A stretch of DNA of 36,243 nucleotides from a virus. This document shows positions 20,300-28,945 of this stretch, in pieces (position 1 is the stretch's first letter; each line of letters opens with the position of its first letter). The position numbers and the translations under genes are program-made. The notes under the pieces were generated by a model. That model did no database searches and was not told the origin of the DNA. It saw only the letters and a list, made by a program, of their open reading frames with translations. The stretch lies in UHGV virus genome UHGV-0229041; one strand, written 5' to 3'.

Positions 20300-20761
20300 C
20301 TATCTGCACTGCTCATTAATATACTTCTGGGTTCCTTCCAGTTGTTTTTGCATAGTGATCAGCCTCTCTCTGAGGGTGAAATAATCCCGTTCAGCGGTGT
20401 CTGCCAGTCGGGGGGAGGCTGCATTATCCACGCCGGAGGCGGTGGTGGCTTCACGCACTGACTGACAGACTGCTTTGATGTGCAACCGACGACGACCAGC
20501 GGCAACATCATCACGCAGAGCATCATTTTCAGCTTTCGCATCAGCTAACTCCTTCGTGTATTTTGCATCGAGCGCAGCAACATCACGCTGACGCATCTGC
20601 ATGTCAGTAATTGTCGAGTTCGCCAGCTTCAGTTCTCTGGCATTTTTGTCGCGCTGGGCTTTGTAGGTAATGGCGTTATCGCGGTAATGATTAACAGCCC
20701 ATGACAAGCAAACGATGATGCAGATAACCAGAGCGGAAATAATCGCGGTTACTCTGCTCAT
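20300..20761 (-). CDS. Rz: Rz i-spanin
   Basis: [48 protein letters not shown], essentially lambda Rz by recall. Confidence 0.9.
   Translation of the reverse strand: MSRVTAIISALVICIIVCLSWAVNHYRDNAITYKAQRDKNARELKLANSTITDMQMRQRDVAALDAKYTKELADAKAENDALRDDVAAGRRRLHIKAVCQSVREATTASGVDNAASPRLADTAERDYFTLRERLITMQKQLEGTQKYINEQCR
20359..20541 (-). CDS. Rz1: Rz1 o-spanin lipoprotein, embedded in Rz in the +1 frame
   Basis: 60-aa ORF with lipobox VVGC and proline-rich tail, fully nested in Rz. Confidence 0.85.
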   Translation of the reverse strand: MRKLKMMLCVMMLPLVVVGCTSKQSVSQCVKPPPPPAWIMQPPPDWQTPLNGIISPSERG

Positions 20762-21234
20762 ACCTCAATCTCTCTGACCGTTCCGCCTGCTTCTTTGAAT
20801 TTTGCAATCAGGCTGTCAGCCTTATGCTCGAACTGACCATAACCAGCGCCCGGCAGTGAAGCCCAGATATTGCTGCAACGGTCAATTGCCTGACGAATAT
20901 CACCGCGATCAATCATCGGTAAAGCGCCACGCTCCTTAATCTGCTGCAATGCCACAGCATCCTGGCTTTTCGGAGAGAAGTCTTTCAGAGCAAGCTGCTT
21001 ACGGTAAGCATCCCACCAGCGTGAAAGAAGCTGATAACGTCCGGCAGCTGTTGATTTGAGTTTGGGGTTTAGCGTGACAAGTTTGCGAGGGTGATCGGAG
21101 TAATCAGTAAATAGCTCTCCGCCTACAATGACGTCATAACCATGATTTCTGGTTTTCTGCCGTCCGTTATCCGTTCCTTCTGACCATGCCACCATATCGA
21201 GGAAAGCTTTACGCTGAGGATTAAGATTTTGCAT
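20758..21234 (-). CDS. R: Endolysin (lambda R-type lytic transglycosylase)
   Basis: [53 protein letters not shown], near identical to recalled lambda R. Confidence 0.9.
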   Translation of the reverse strand: MQNLNPQRKAFLDMVAWSEGTDNGRQKTRNHGYDVIVGGELFTDYSDHPRKLVTLNPKLKSTAAGRYQLLSRWWDAYRKQLALKDFSPKSQDAVALQQIKERGALPMIDRGDIRQAIDRCSNIWASLPGAGYGQFEHKADSLIAKFKEAGGTVREIEV

Positions 21235-21538
21235 TTTTCACCCCTGTCAGTCGTTCCCAGAAGTACGTCAGTGCAACCGAACCCATCGCACCACTAATCC
21301 CCGCTGTCGCGAGAATCATGTAAATACTGAATCCACTTTCGATGCTGATCAGGCCACCAATAACACCGGTGAATCCTGATACCACTATCTGAGCCAGAGC
21401 ATTTATCCAGCTCCACGTTGCTTTACTCTGCTTCACATCTATCAGGTAGCGGACCAGACCGCCCCAACCTGCGATGATCAGCAAAACGAGCCAGAACGCT
21501 CCGGCAAGGCTCTCTTTTTCGTGCATATGAATAGCCAA
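21221..21538 (-). CDS. Holin (non-lambda S type), possible dual-start
   Basis: 105 aa with hydrophobic segments, directly upstream of R; N-terminus MAIHMHEKE has two Met codons separated by basic residues. Confidence 0.7.
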   Translation of the reverse strand: MAIHMHEKESLAGAFWLVLLIIAGWGGLVRYLIDVKQSKATWSWINALAQIVVSGFTGVIGGLISIESGFSIYMILATAGISGAMGSVALTYFWERLTGVKNAKS

Positions 21539-21640
21539 TGTTTCGCCGCCGACAAAAGGCCGGGACGTTAAATGTCAGAAATCAGGCTCACGGGGTAATT
21601 TAACGACAAAGCACGGAGTTGATGCTCCCCGCAAGCCTGG

Positions 21641-21666
21641 AATAAAAAAGCCAGCATGTAGCTGGC
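21641..21666 (-). terminator. Intrinsic terminator between Q and the holin (tR-prime-like position)
   Basis: Minus-strand GCCAGC-UACAU-GCUGGC hairpin followed by UUUUUUAUU. Confidence 0.5.
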
Positions 21667-21847
21667 AACAGAGGGTTAAGCAATATCAACTCAACAGCTG
21701 AAGACACCCTGTCTGGGGTACGTTGGAAGGATACTCACCGCCCAGAAACAGAAAAGCCCAAGGCTTAAAACCTCGAGCTTGAATTTGGATTACTGCCAGT
21801 GCGTACAACATTGGCAAAATATCAGATTTATATGAAATATATGCTTT

Positions 21848-22537
21848 TTAATCCAGTTTTGCAATATTTTGCTGTGAAAATGTCGTCTTTTGTTTTGAAC
21901 GTGTTCTCGTTAGAAGCAATAAAGCTTCGCTATCAAGCTGTAGAAAAATGTGCTTCATTGCAACCCAGCGTTCAGTGAATGTCTCAGACCAGTTTTTTGA
22001 TGTCACTCCCACCAGTGACGCCAGTTCCTGGTATTCATAAGCCTCACGCCCTGCCAGTTCGCTCTTCACATCCTGTGCCGCCAGCCAGATCAACTTCTTC
22101 AGGCGTTCCAGTGTCTTACCTGCAATTTTTCTGGTACCCAACAGAGTCTTAAACTCGCTCCATGCCCACTGCGTTATGGCAACCTGATGCTCCCAGCGAA
22201 TATTTTCACTGTAACTCCACAGCAACCATGCTTTCTGATGCTCATCGAGAGACAGAACAGCGCGGCGCCATGAAGAGGTTGAAAACTCGACCGGACTGAT
22301 CAGGGCGACAGATGAACCTTTTGCGTACGACTGCTTACCGGAAATCGGCGGATTATCCAGCATAATAATCTTGCCAGTTACCTCATCCAGAATGCGTCGC
22401 TTCTTTCGTTTGTATGTACCAGTATCAAATTGTGCATGCTCCAGCCAGGCTTCAAGCTGGCCTTTCGTTGCTCCGCTCAAATCAGCGGTAGCCACAATGA
22501 GTTGCTCGCGGACATACTGTAAATATTGGGTATTCAT
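21848..22537 (-). CDS. Late-gene antiterminator Q-like protein
   Basis: 229-aa ORF between ylcG/rusA and the lysis cassette, the Q position; family assignment by position only. Confidence 0.5.
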   Translation of the reverse strand: MNTQYLQYVREQLIVATADLSGATKGQLEAWLEHAQFDTGTYKRKKRRILDEVTGKIIMLDNPPISGKQSYAKGSSVALISPVEFSTSSWRRAVLSLDEHQKAWLLWSYSENIRWEHQVAITQWAWSEFKTLLGTRKIAGKTLERLKKLIWLAAQDVKSELAGREAYEYQELASLVGVTSKNWSETFTERWVAMKHIFLQLDSEALLLLTRTRSKQKTTFSQQNIAKLD

Positions 22538-22671
22538 GCGGCAGCTCCTTTCAGTGTTTTGGCGTAATTCTTCAGTATCCGGTAATCGGTCAAAACAGAA
22601 CCGGGGAAACGATATAAGCGCAGGCGCATCCAGCGGTGGCGAAGACGTTCTGTCACATAAAACTCAAACAT
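22534..22671 (-). CDS. ylcG: YlcG-like small protein
   Basis: Manually translated 45 aa [45 protein letters not shown], resembles DLP12 YlcG by recall; stop overlaps Q start. Confidence 0.5.
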   Translation of the reverse strand: MFEFYVTERLRHRWMRLRLYRFPGSVLTDYRILKNYAKTLKGAAA

Positions 22672-23033
22672 CATTCATTCCCCAGTTCGGTGATGGTCAG
22701 CTCCAGCTTCCCACCTTTGGTAACGGGCATCTTCACAACACGGTAATCAACGACCTGAACATCATCCAGCCAGAAACCTGCTTTGGTAAGTGCGTCAAAA
22801 GCAGCTTTTTGCAGATTATCCAGGTCACGGCGACGGCGATCCGGCATGTGACACTCAATGCGGATTTTCACAGGAATAGCCAGGCCGATATCCAGCATTG
22901 CGTTTTTAATGATTCGGGCGACGTTATCGCGGTATGCCTGCCCCTCTGCGCTGATGTGCGTGCGCCCGCGATTATGGCGGTAATAGCGATTATTGCTCGG
23001 AGGCCAGGGTAATGTGATGCTGTAGGTATTCAC
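22671..23033 (-). CDS. rusA: RusA Holliday junction resolvase
   Basis: [26 protein letters not shown], near identical to recalled DLP12 RusA. Confidence 0.9.
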   Translation of the reverse strand: MNTYSITLPWPPSNNRYYRHNRGRTHISAEGQAYRDNVARIIKNAMLDIGLAIPVKIRIECHMPDRRRRDLDNLQKAAFDALTKAGFWLDDVQVVDYRVVKMPVTKGGKLELTITELGNE

Positions 23034-23330
23034 GCCTTAATAACCCCCTCTTTCAGCCAGATAACCTGTGTTCTCGCCATACCTTCCAGCGCGCATTCTT
23101 TTGCATACTCAGCATCGACAAAATGTGTGCGGCGGTCGATTTCGTCGTGACAGGCAGAACATGCAATGGTGGCAATCAGGTCTGGCGGTTTGGTACCGGT
23201 ACCGCACAATCCAGCCAGCCGGATATGTGCCAGTACAGACGTTTCAGAATTGCCATTACATACGCCAGGGATTCTTACCTGGCATTCCCGACCACGCGCT
23301 GCTTTTCTCAAATCAGCCATGATTCCTCCT
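23030..23330 (-). CDS. ybcO: YbcO-like protein (DUF1364, putative nuclease); ATG start at 23330
   Basis: [24 protein letters not shown] with Cys/His cluster, resembles DLP12 YbcO by recall; the ORF-track start 23359 is a TTG. Confidence 0.75.
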
Positions 23331-23483
23331 TGCTGCCAGTCGCAACCATTTTTTATCAACCAGGCTGGCGGTATATCCGAGCAGAGTTGGTATTTCGGAT
23401 GGCTTCAGCTCAGGTTTACGCTTACGACGATTTGGTACTTTGTAGATGTGTCCGTTCATGACACGAATAAGCGGTGTAGCCAT
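23313..23483 (-). CDS. ninE: NinE-like protein
   Basis: Manually translated 56 aa [56 protein letters not shown]; TAATG overlap with the ninB stop. Confidence 0.6.
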   Translation of the reverse strand: MATPLIRVMNGHIYKVPNRRKRKPELKPSEIPTLLGYTASLVDKKWLRLAARRNHG

Positions 23484-23938
23484 TACGCCTCCTGCTTGTC
23501 GCGCAGCAGCTGGAACTCGCAGCTCTGCGGAATAGTCAGGTGGCAGCCAATATTCATCGCCCAGGCTTCAACCTTACACAGGAAGACATACATCTCTCCG
23601 GTATCAAGATCGGAGGTATGGCGTAACGACTGGATAGTAGTGATTTCGCCGGTTACGACATCAACCAGGTCCTTGGTTTCATAACCGAGGTATGTGTGTT
23701 TGAGAGCATCTTTTACCCATGCTGCGGTAGCGAACGATTTCCCCCTGCTGATGAGGTATTCACTGATTTCGCTGTACCACATGTGGCTGAGTGCATTCTG
23801 GGAAAGACTGCGTCTCTCTCGCCACGGTTTAAGCACCATGCGAAAGCATTTGCCTTCCTCCAGATAAGGCTGGATCTGCTGGCCGATAGCGGTGAAGTTA
23901 CCACGATGCAATTTGATGCCATCTTGTAGGAGGTTCAC
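23483..23938 (-). CDS. ninB: NinB recombination protein (DLP12 YbcN-like)
   Basis: 151 aa with RSLSQN motif characteristic of NinB, first gene of the nin cluster. Confidence 0.75.
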   Translation of the reverse strand: MNLLQDGIKLHRGNFTAIGQQIQPYLEEGKCFRMVLKPWRERRSLSQNALSHMWYSEISEYLISRGKSFATAAWVKDALKHTYLGYETKDLVDVVTGEITTIQSLRHTSDLDTGEMYVFLCKVEAWAMNIGCHLTIPQSCEFQLLRDKQEA

Positions 23939-24129
23939 GATTCACCTCCGCAGAGGTCAAACGCTGGATGCAAAAAATCGCAGGTACATTTCTGCATCTG
24001 TGAAGGGAGAAGAGAGTTTGGATTGTATGTGCGCATAAACGTCCCCGTTTAGCGCAGAAGTCACCGGAGTTGTTCAGGCTCCGGTGACTTAATTATGACA
24101 AGTTGATTATGGAAAATCAAAGCTTGTCA

Positions 24130-24675
24130 TCAGAACAACGAATAATTTAAAAACTCTATAATTTCTAAGATTTTTTCACTTATCGCTGGAATGAAACGTA
24201 AAGCAAAATAGAGCCCCAAAAAACCCAATATTGAGTACGAAACCGTGATAGCGACTCTGTATTTTTTCTCGCCTCGTTTCACTCTCTCCCACTCAGTTTT
24301 AAGAACACTGGAACTATATTCAAAATACTGTCTGACCACATCTGTAATGTTAGATGAGCGATCCATTTTTAAAATGTAATCCTCAATGATTTTCAAAAGC
24401 TGAGACTCTTCATTAGTTAAGTTTTTACTGGATAACCTAAGCTTCACTTTTGCGGAAAGAAAATAAATTTTTCCAGCCACCTCAGGGAGCTTCTCAGGCG
24501 GAGTCGTGCGTAATTGTAAAAAGTTCTCCATCAATTCAGCTAACTCTTCCCTTAAACCATCTATCCACGCTTGCCGAAACTCAGATGTTTTATTCTCCTT
24601 AGTGATAACAAGCCCCACTCCAGCTGCAGCTGCGGCAATAATTGCGGCGACAACTGAGGCTATCCCTGCATCCAT
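24130..24675 (-). CDS. Hypothetical membrane protein of the cargo island (TM helix at each end)
   Basis: 181 aa, ATG with GAGGGG Shine-Dalgarno, hydrophobic N- and C-termini, AT-rich codon usage. Confidence 0.55.
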   Translation of the reverse strand: MDAGIASVVAAIIAAAAAGVGLVITKENKTSEFRQAWIDGLREELAELMENFLQLRTTPPEKLPEVAGKIYFLSAKVKLRLSSKNLTNEESQLLKIIEDYILKMDRSSNITDVVRQYFEYSSSVLKTEWERVKRGEKKYRVAITVSYSILGFLGLYFALRFIPAISEKILEIIEFLNYSLF

Positions 24676-24814
24676 GAATTACCCCTCAAAACAATATGAA
24701 TATGAATATGATTCGATGCCTTCAGCAATTGAAAACTAAAACTCCCTGTAATGTCACATCTGCCCATGAATGTGTTTTCTTCATACAGCTTTGCTGCAAT
24801 ATCTAAATCAGACA

Positions 24815-25141
24815 TTAGTCAGCGGTTCTCCCGCGCCAGCGTTTGTTACTTTCTGATATTCTTTCTGTATCAACGGACTCAACCTCACCTTCTGAAAACC
24901 TAACTGCATTAGCTTTAGCCATTGCCTTCCTAGCATCTTCTTCCGCCTGGCTAAAATGCACCTTCTTTCTTCCCTTGAAACTACCAACGCGAATTTTGGA
25001 AGAGGCCTGCGTCTTGTACTTGCTAATCCGTAATTGTGCCGCCAAATGGGCTTTTGCCTCGGTGCGGTTCGCTGGCTTCTTCTTTACTAATTCAAGGTCT
25101 AAATGGTACTGCTGCTCAGCTCTTAGTTTCTTCGGTTTCAT
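24815..25141 (-). CDS. Hypothetical basic protein of the cargo island (ATG at 25141)
   Basis: About 108 aa, Lys/Arg-rich MKPKKLRAEQQYHLDLELVKKKPANRTEAK; the ORF-track start 25159 is a TTG. Confidence 0.45.
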   Translation of the reverse strand: MKPKKLRAEQQYHLDLELVKKKPANRTEAKAHLAAQLRISKYKTQASSKIRVGSFKGRKKVHFSQAEEDARKAMAKANAVRFSEGEVESVDTERISESNKRWRGRTAD

Positions 25142-25469
25142 AATATCACTCTCAAACAAAGTCCATTTATCATAGAATAAAAGCCCTCTAAGAGCTTTGA
25201 TTTGTATCTATGCTAATTCCCGTCAATTTGTTCTTCATTTTACCTCCAGCTGTTGTGCTGCTGCAGTGGCATTCAATAGTTTTCCTTCTAAGCATCCTAC
25301 AAAATCGGTGACGAGTCATGACCAGTTCACGTAGTGCAATGAAATTACTGCAATCTATTATGACGCAAATGCGTCAATACTCGAATCAACTGATCATCCT
25401 GCCACGACTGAAATCTCAAATAGGCCGTTTCTCAAGTAAGAGATTTTGAATGCATTATTGGCTACTGAA

Positions 25470-25493
25470 ATAAAAAACCCAGCGCCAACTGGG
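25470..25493 (-). terminator. Intrinsic terminator downstream of the secreted-protein gene
   Basis: Minus-strand CCCAG-UUGGCG-CUGGG hairpin followed by UUUUUUUAUUU (plus-strand stem 25478 to 25493, A-run 25472 to 25477). Confidence 0.55.
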
Positions 25494-25512
25494 TTCATAT
25501 GAAATTTTTTTG

Positions 25513-26007
25513 TCATTTCCAATTGCAAGACTGTGAAATTTTTTCCACAACCTTATCAATCTCAGACAAGTCAAACTCAACTACTTGCATAGTTGATCCA
25601 TAAGGTTCAAACCCAAAAATAGCTTTTTTATGCTTAGCCAAGGTCTTTATAAATTGTATTGGTTGTGGAGCAAATGCAGAATCACCGCCTTCCCCACCTC
25701 CCCAAACACTCTTGACCGGCTTTCCGCCATCTAACCGCACTGTAATTCTTGGGTTGTCCGACCCCATATAATCATTGAATGATAAATAGGCATCTGTTTT
25801 GTTATCACTACAACGCAACACCAGTGAAGTTGCACGATCAGTACCTGCTTTGTTATATGAATCTGGTGATAAATTAAGAGCCACAAAGTCAGTCTGGTCA
25901 GTCATTTTATTTATCTCAGACTTTGTTATCCACGGCCCTAACTTCTCTACACCAGCATTTGCTGTAAACGAGGCACTTATGACAAAGGCTAAAATAAATT
26001 TTCTCAT
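25513..26007 (-). CDS. Hypothetical secreted/periplasmic protein with signal peptide
   Basis: MRKFILAFVISASFTANA signal-peptide-like N-terminus; AGGAGA Shine-Dalgarno; two Cys in the mature part. Confidence 0.55.
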   Translation of the reverse strand: MRKFILAFVISASFTANAGVEKLGPWITKSEINKMTDQTDFVALNLSPDSYNKAGTDRATSLVLRCSDNKTDAYLSFNDYMGSDNPRITVRLDGGKPVKSVWGGGEGGDSAFAPQPIQFIKTLAKHKKAIFGFEPYGSTMQVVEFDLSEIDKVVEKISQSCNWK

Positions 26008-26153
26008 AACCCTATCTCCTTGGATTTAAAGAACTAAATATTATCAAGTCTCTTGCCACTAGAAAACCCACTTTATTTCCAAACTCTGACGGCATTCCTG
26101 AAAATCCGCTTCATACTCACTTGCCCCGCCCTATCATCCTGAGTAGCTAACCG

Positions 26154-26327
26154 TTAAACAAACGTTCGCCAGACCTTACCATCAATGACCAGGATTCCTG
26201 CCCGCGCCATTTTTGCCGCAGCCTGATTTATGCTGGTTAATGTCATACCTGTTGTCGCAGCAACGTCCGGCGCACAGAAGCTCTTGTGCGTCTCCAGATA
26301 ATGAATAATTGCCTCTTTGCCCGTCAT
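26154..26327 (-). pseudogene. ren: ren, N-terminal 57 codons only (truncated relative to about 96-aa lambda Ren)
   Basis: MTGKEAIIHYLETHKSFCAPDVAATTGMTLTSINQAAAKMARAGILVIDGKVWRTFV matches the recalled N-terminus of lambda Ren; ATGA overlap with the P stop. Confidence 0.6.
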
Positions 26328-27025
26328 ACAGTTGCTCCTTTCAGTCCGAACTTCGCTTTGATTTCTGCGATCTTCGCCAGAGCCTGTGCACGATTTAGAG
26401 GTCTACCGCCCATGACAGGAAGTTGTTTTACTGGTTCAGGTATCGCCTCACCACGGTTAATTCGCGCGGTCATACAAGTCAGTTCATCGGCAGCCTTGCG
26501 CCGTAATTCCGCATCAGTCAGCGCATTGGCCCGCATGTTCTGATACAGGTTGGTAACCAACCAGTAGTGCGCGTTTGATTTCCATGGATAAGACTCTGCA
26601 TCCGGATAAAGGCCACGCTTCCGGCAATACTCGTAAACCATATCAACCAGCTCGCTGGCGTTTGGCAGCCCGGCGTTAACGGATGCTTCTTCCCGGCACC
26701 AGGCGACAAACTGCCCGGGTGATGGCAGGAATGGTCGATTCTGCCGACGGGCTACGCGCATTCCTGCGTTAACCTGTTCCATTGTGGTGATCCCGTTTTC
26801 CCGGAAAGCCAGAACCCACTGGCGGCGGATTTCGTTCAGTTCATTCTGGTCACGGTTAGCCAGGCTCGCCGGGAAAGTTGCCAGTAACTGGCTGAACACA
26901 CCGTTGATGATCTGCGCTACCTGCTGTACCTGCGGCTTTTCGTCGTACTGTTCCGGCATGTTGTTGGCGATCCGGCGCATCTGCTCACGGTCAAAGTTAA
27001 CCATCTGTGCGGCGATGTTTTTCAT
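26324..27025 (-). CDS. P: Replication protein P (DnaB helicase loader)
   Basis: MKNIAAQMVNFDREQMRRIANNMPEQYDEKPQVQQVAQIINGVFSQLLATFPASLANRDQNE, near identical to recalled lambda P. Confidence 0.95.
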   Translation of the reverse strand: MKNIAAQMVNFDREQMRRIANNMPEQYDEKPQVQQVAQIINGVFSQLLATFPASLANRDQNELNEIRRQWVLAFRENGITTMEQVNAGMRVARRQNRPFLPSPGQFVAWCREEASVNAGLPNASELVDMVYEYCRKRGLYPDAESYPWKSNAHYWLVTNLYQNMRANALTDAELRRKAADELTCMTARINRGEAIPEPVKQLPVMGGRPLNRAQALAKIAEIKAKFGLKGATV

Positions 27026-27951
27026 AAATCCACCCCGTAAATCCAGTCAGTGTTTGTCAGGTCGAGTTTTGGTTTGCTGGCTATCATGCCTGCCTGTTGC
27101 TTGTTACGGTTGATTTCGAGTTGGGTCCACTTGTCGCGGAGTTTGGCCGGACTCAGCACGTTACCTGACCAGAAGTTGTCCTGGCATGCCCAGCGGAACA
27201 GCACGCACATGTCGCGGTGGTTACGTCCGTCACGTTCACGCATCAGGCGGATATCGTTAGCCCACCCTGCAAAATTCGGTTTTCTGGCTGAGGGCGCGAT
27301 GGTCTTCACCATGTCAAACATCCACTCTGCGGCGGTCAGGTCTTCTGCTGTCCCCCACTTGCTGCCGCTCTGAATTGCAGCATCCCGTTTCTCCACAGGA
27401 AAGTCGTTTTCTGGCTGGTCAGAGGATTCGCCAGAATTCTCGGACGAAAAAGGTTTTATATTGTCTTTTGTTAGTTTGTCTTTTGTGTTTACCTGATTCG
27501 GGTAAGTGCCTTTACCTGATTTGGGTAAACTTTTCTTACCTGATTCAGGTAAATTTACCTCTTTCAGGTAAACTTTATTTTTCTTACCTGATTCGGGTAA
27601 TGTTGACCATTCACTGACCACATTATTAATGCCGATATTCCGCCCGCTCTGAATAAAAATCCCACGCTTTACCAGAACACTTTTTGCAGCAGAACACTTG
27701 TGCGGCAATATCCCGGTCAACTCGGAAAGTTGCTCGTTGCTCACCCAATCCAGTTTTTTATTAAAGCCATATGTTTTGCGCATGACAGCCAGGAAGACCA
27801 GAAGCTGGTGCTGTGTTAATCCGGCCAGCATCACAGCTTCCAGCAACTCATTTGCAATGCGCGTATAACCATCATCGAGATCTGCCACGCGCGGCTCCTT
27901 TTGTGCCGCATCCGGCACTGGAAAATTGAATATCTCAGCAGTGTTTGCCAT
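27022..27951 (-). CDS. O: Replication initiator O (ATG at 27951 with GGAGG Shine-Dalgarno)
   Basis: MANTAEIFNFPVP...VADLDDGY resembles the lambda O N-terminus; contains the ori iterons; the ORF-track start 28041 overlaps the upstream gene. Confidence 0.9.
   Translation of the reverse strand: MANTAEIFNFPVPDAAQKEPRVADLDDGYTRIANELLEAVMLAGLTQHQLLVFLAVMRKTYGFNKKLDWVSNEQLSELTGILPHKCSAAKSVLVKRGIFIQSGRNIGINNVVSEWSTLPESGKKNKVYLKEVNLPESGKKSLPKSGKGTYPNQVNTKDKLTKDNIKPFSSENSGESSDQPENDFPVEKRDAAIQSGSKWGTAEDLTAAEWMFDMVKTIAPSARKPNFAGWANDIRLMRERDGRNHRDMCVLFRWACQDNFWSGNVLSPAKLRDKWTQLEINRNKQQAGMIASKPKLDLTNTDWIYGVDL
27489..27600. repeat. Replication origin iterons (five copies of a roughly 18-bp TTACCTGATTCGGGTAA-like repeat) inside O
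   Basis: Copies at about 27489, 27512, 27536, 27555 and 27584, each an internal TTACC...GGTAA inverted repeat. Confidence 0.75.
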
Positions 27952-28037
27952 AATTCCTCCCGCAATGAGTGTGTTACGATTTGCACCTGAAAGTCGGTTC
28001 TGTTCCAGCAGACCGGCTTTCGCCATTTCTGAACCTG

Positions 28038-28583
28038 TCATATCGCCCCCAGCATGGTAGTAACCATCGCCATCAATGGACCAGCCAGATCCGGGTCCAC
28101 ACGAAACATCGACACAATACCTTCACTCATTTCCTTCAGTTTCTGGTGGCGTGGTGCGTTGAGAATGACAGCCTGTTTTGCCTCACTGAGTTCCTTTTCC
28201 ATTTCAGCCAACCTAGCCATGAAGCTATCCTGCTCAACCAGGTAACCGCGATATTCCAGCGGTAGTACCGCCAGAATTGCCGGGGTCAGTTCACGCACGT
28301 TATTTCGGTATTTTTCAGAATCGAATTTGTTATCGAGGAAGCGGAACAGCTTCTGGCGTGCACGGCTGACATCATCAGGGAAATCGATGGTGCCGCCGCC
28401 CTGCTCCCGATACTCATTCACAATGAGTGCGGCAACAACATCCTGATTATCTGCAGCCGACCAGGCGCGAACGGCATCACGGATTTTTTCGTGGCCTGGC
28501 GCCTGTTTTGTTTGAGAACGATTTATCACCGCAGTCGGGCTAAATCCGCTAGTCTGTTGGTATGTAAGTGGTTGCATAGTCAT
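28038..28583 (-). CDS. YdaT-like regulatory protein (cII-position gene)
   Basis: 181-aa ORF between the cro-like gene and O, Rac ydaS-ydaT-like arrangement. Confidence 0.55.
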   Translation of the reverse strand: MTMQPLTYQQTSGFSPTAVINRSQTKQAPGHEKIRDAVRAWSAADNQDVVAALIVNEYREQGGGTIDFPDDVSRARQKLFRFLDNKFDSEKYRNNVRELTPAILAVLPLEYRGYLVEQDSFMARLAEMEKELSEAKQAVILNAPRHQKLKEMSEGIVSMFRVDPDLAGPLMAMVTTMLGAI

Positions 28584-28607
28584 TGCCTTATCAGTTAACG
28601 CCGCAGT

Positions 28608-28841
28608 TTAGGCGGCAGAATTACTCGCGTTAAACAATGGTGCGAGGTCGGGACGAATATCTGCTGGTTTAATCTTTCCACCAGTGGCTGAGACAATTTT
28701 CATTACATAGCGGGCATCAATTCCGCCACCGTGTAGCCAACGCCAAACTGTGGGTTGGGCTACACCGCATAGATCTGCCAGTCGTTTTTGACTACCTGTA
28801 ATACTGATTGCGAGTTGAATGGTTTGATTTGTCATTATCAA
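28608..28841 (-). CDS. Cro-like HTH regulator (YdaS family)
   Basis: 77 aa, HTH GSQKRLADLCGVAQPTVWRW, divergent from cI. Confidence 0.7.
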   Translation of the reverse strand: MIMTNQTIQLAISITGSQKRLADLCGVAQPTVWRWLHGGGIDARYVMKIVSATGGKIKPADIRPDLAPLFNASNSAA

Positions 28842-28945
28842 TTCCTATTGGTATTACAATGAATGAATAATAGCAATGCGTATTAATCCAAGCAATAGCA
28901 AAACGTGTTTTGACCATCAATACGCAAGCGTATAAATTAAAACTT
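28842..28945. promoter_or_regulatory. Divergent cI/cro promoter-operator region (OR-like)
   Basis: Intergenic between divergent repressor genes; contains AATAGCAAT (28869 to 28877), CAATAGCAA (28893 to 28901) and the imperfect palindrome ATACGCAAGCGTAT. Confidence 0.5.

Noticed and set aside
21539-21847. Possible tRNA genes between Q and the holin, as in some Stx phages
   Set aside because: No cloverleaf-compatible sequence or T-loop GTTCGAATC-type motif seen; the interval looks like a promoter and terminator region only.
25318-25449. 43-codon plus-strand ORF in the intergenic region of the nin island
   Set aside because: Weak ribosome-binding site, opposite orientation to all neighbours, and no terminator of its own; probably a chance ORF in AT-rich DNA.
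27489-27600. Tandem direct repeats that superficially resemble a short CRISPR array
   Set aside because: Repeats are contiguous with no unique spacers, lie in frame inside the O gene and match the architecture of lambdoid ori iterons.
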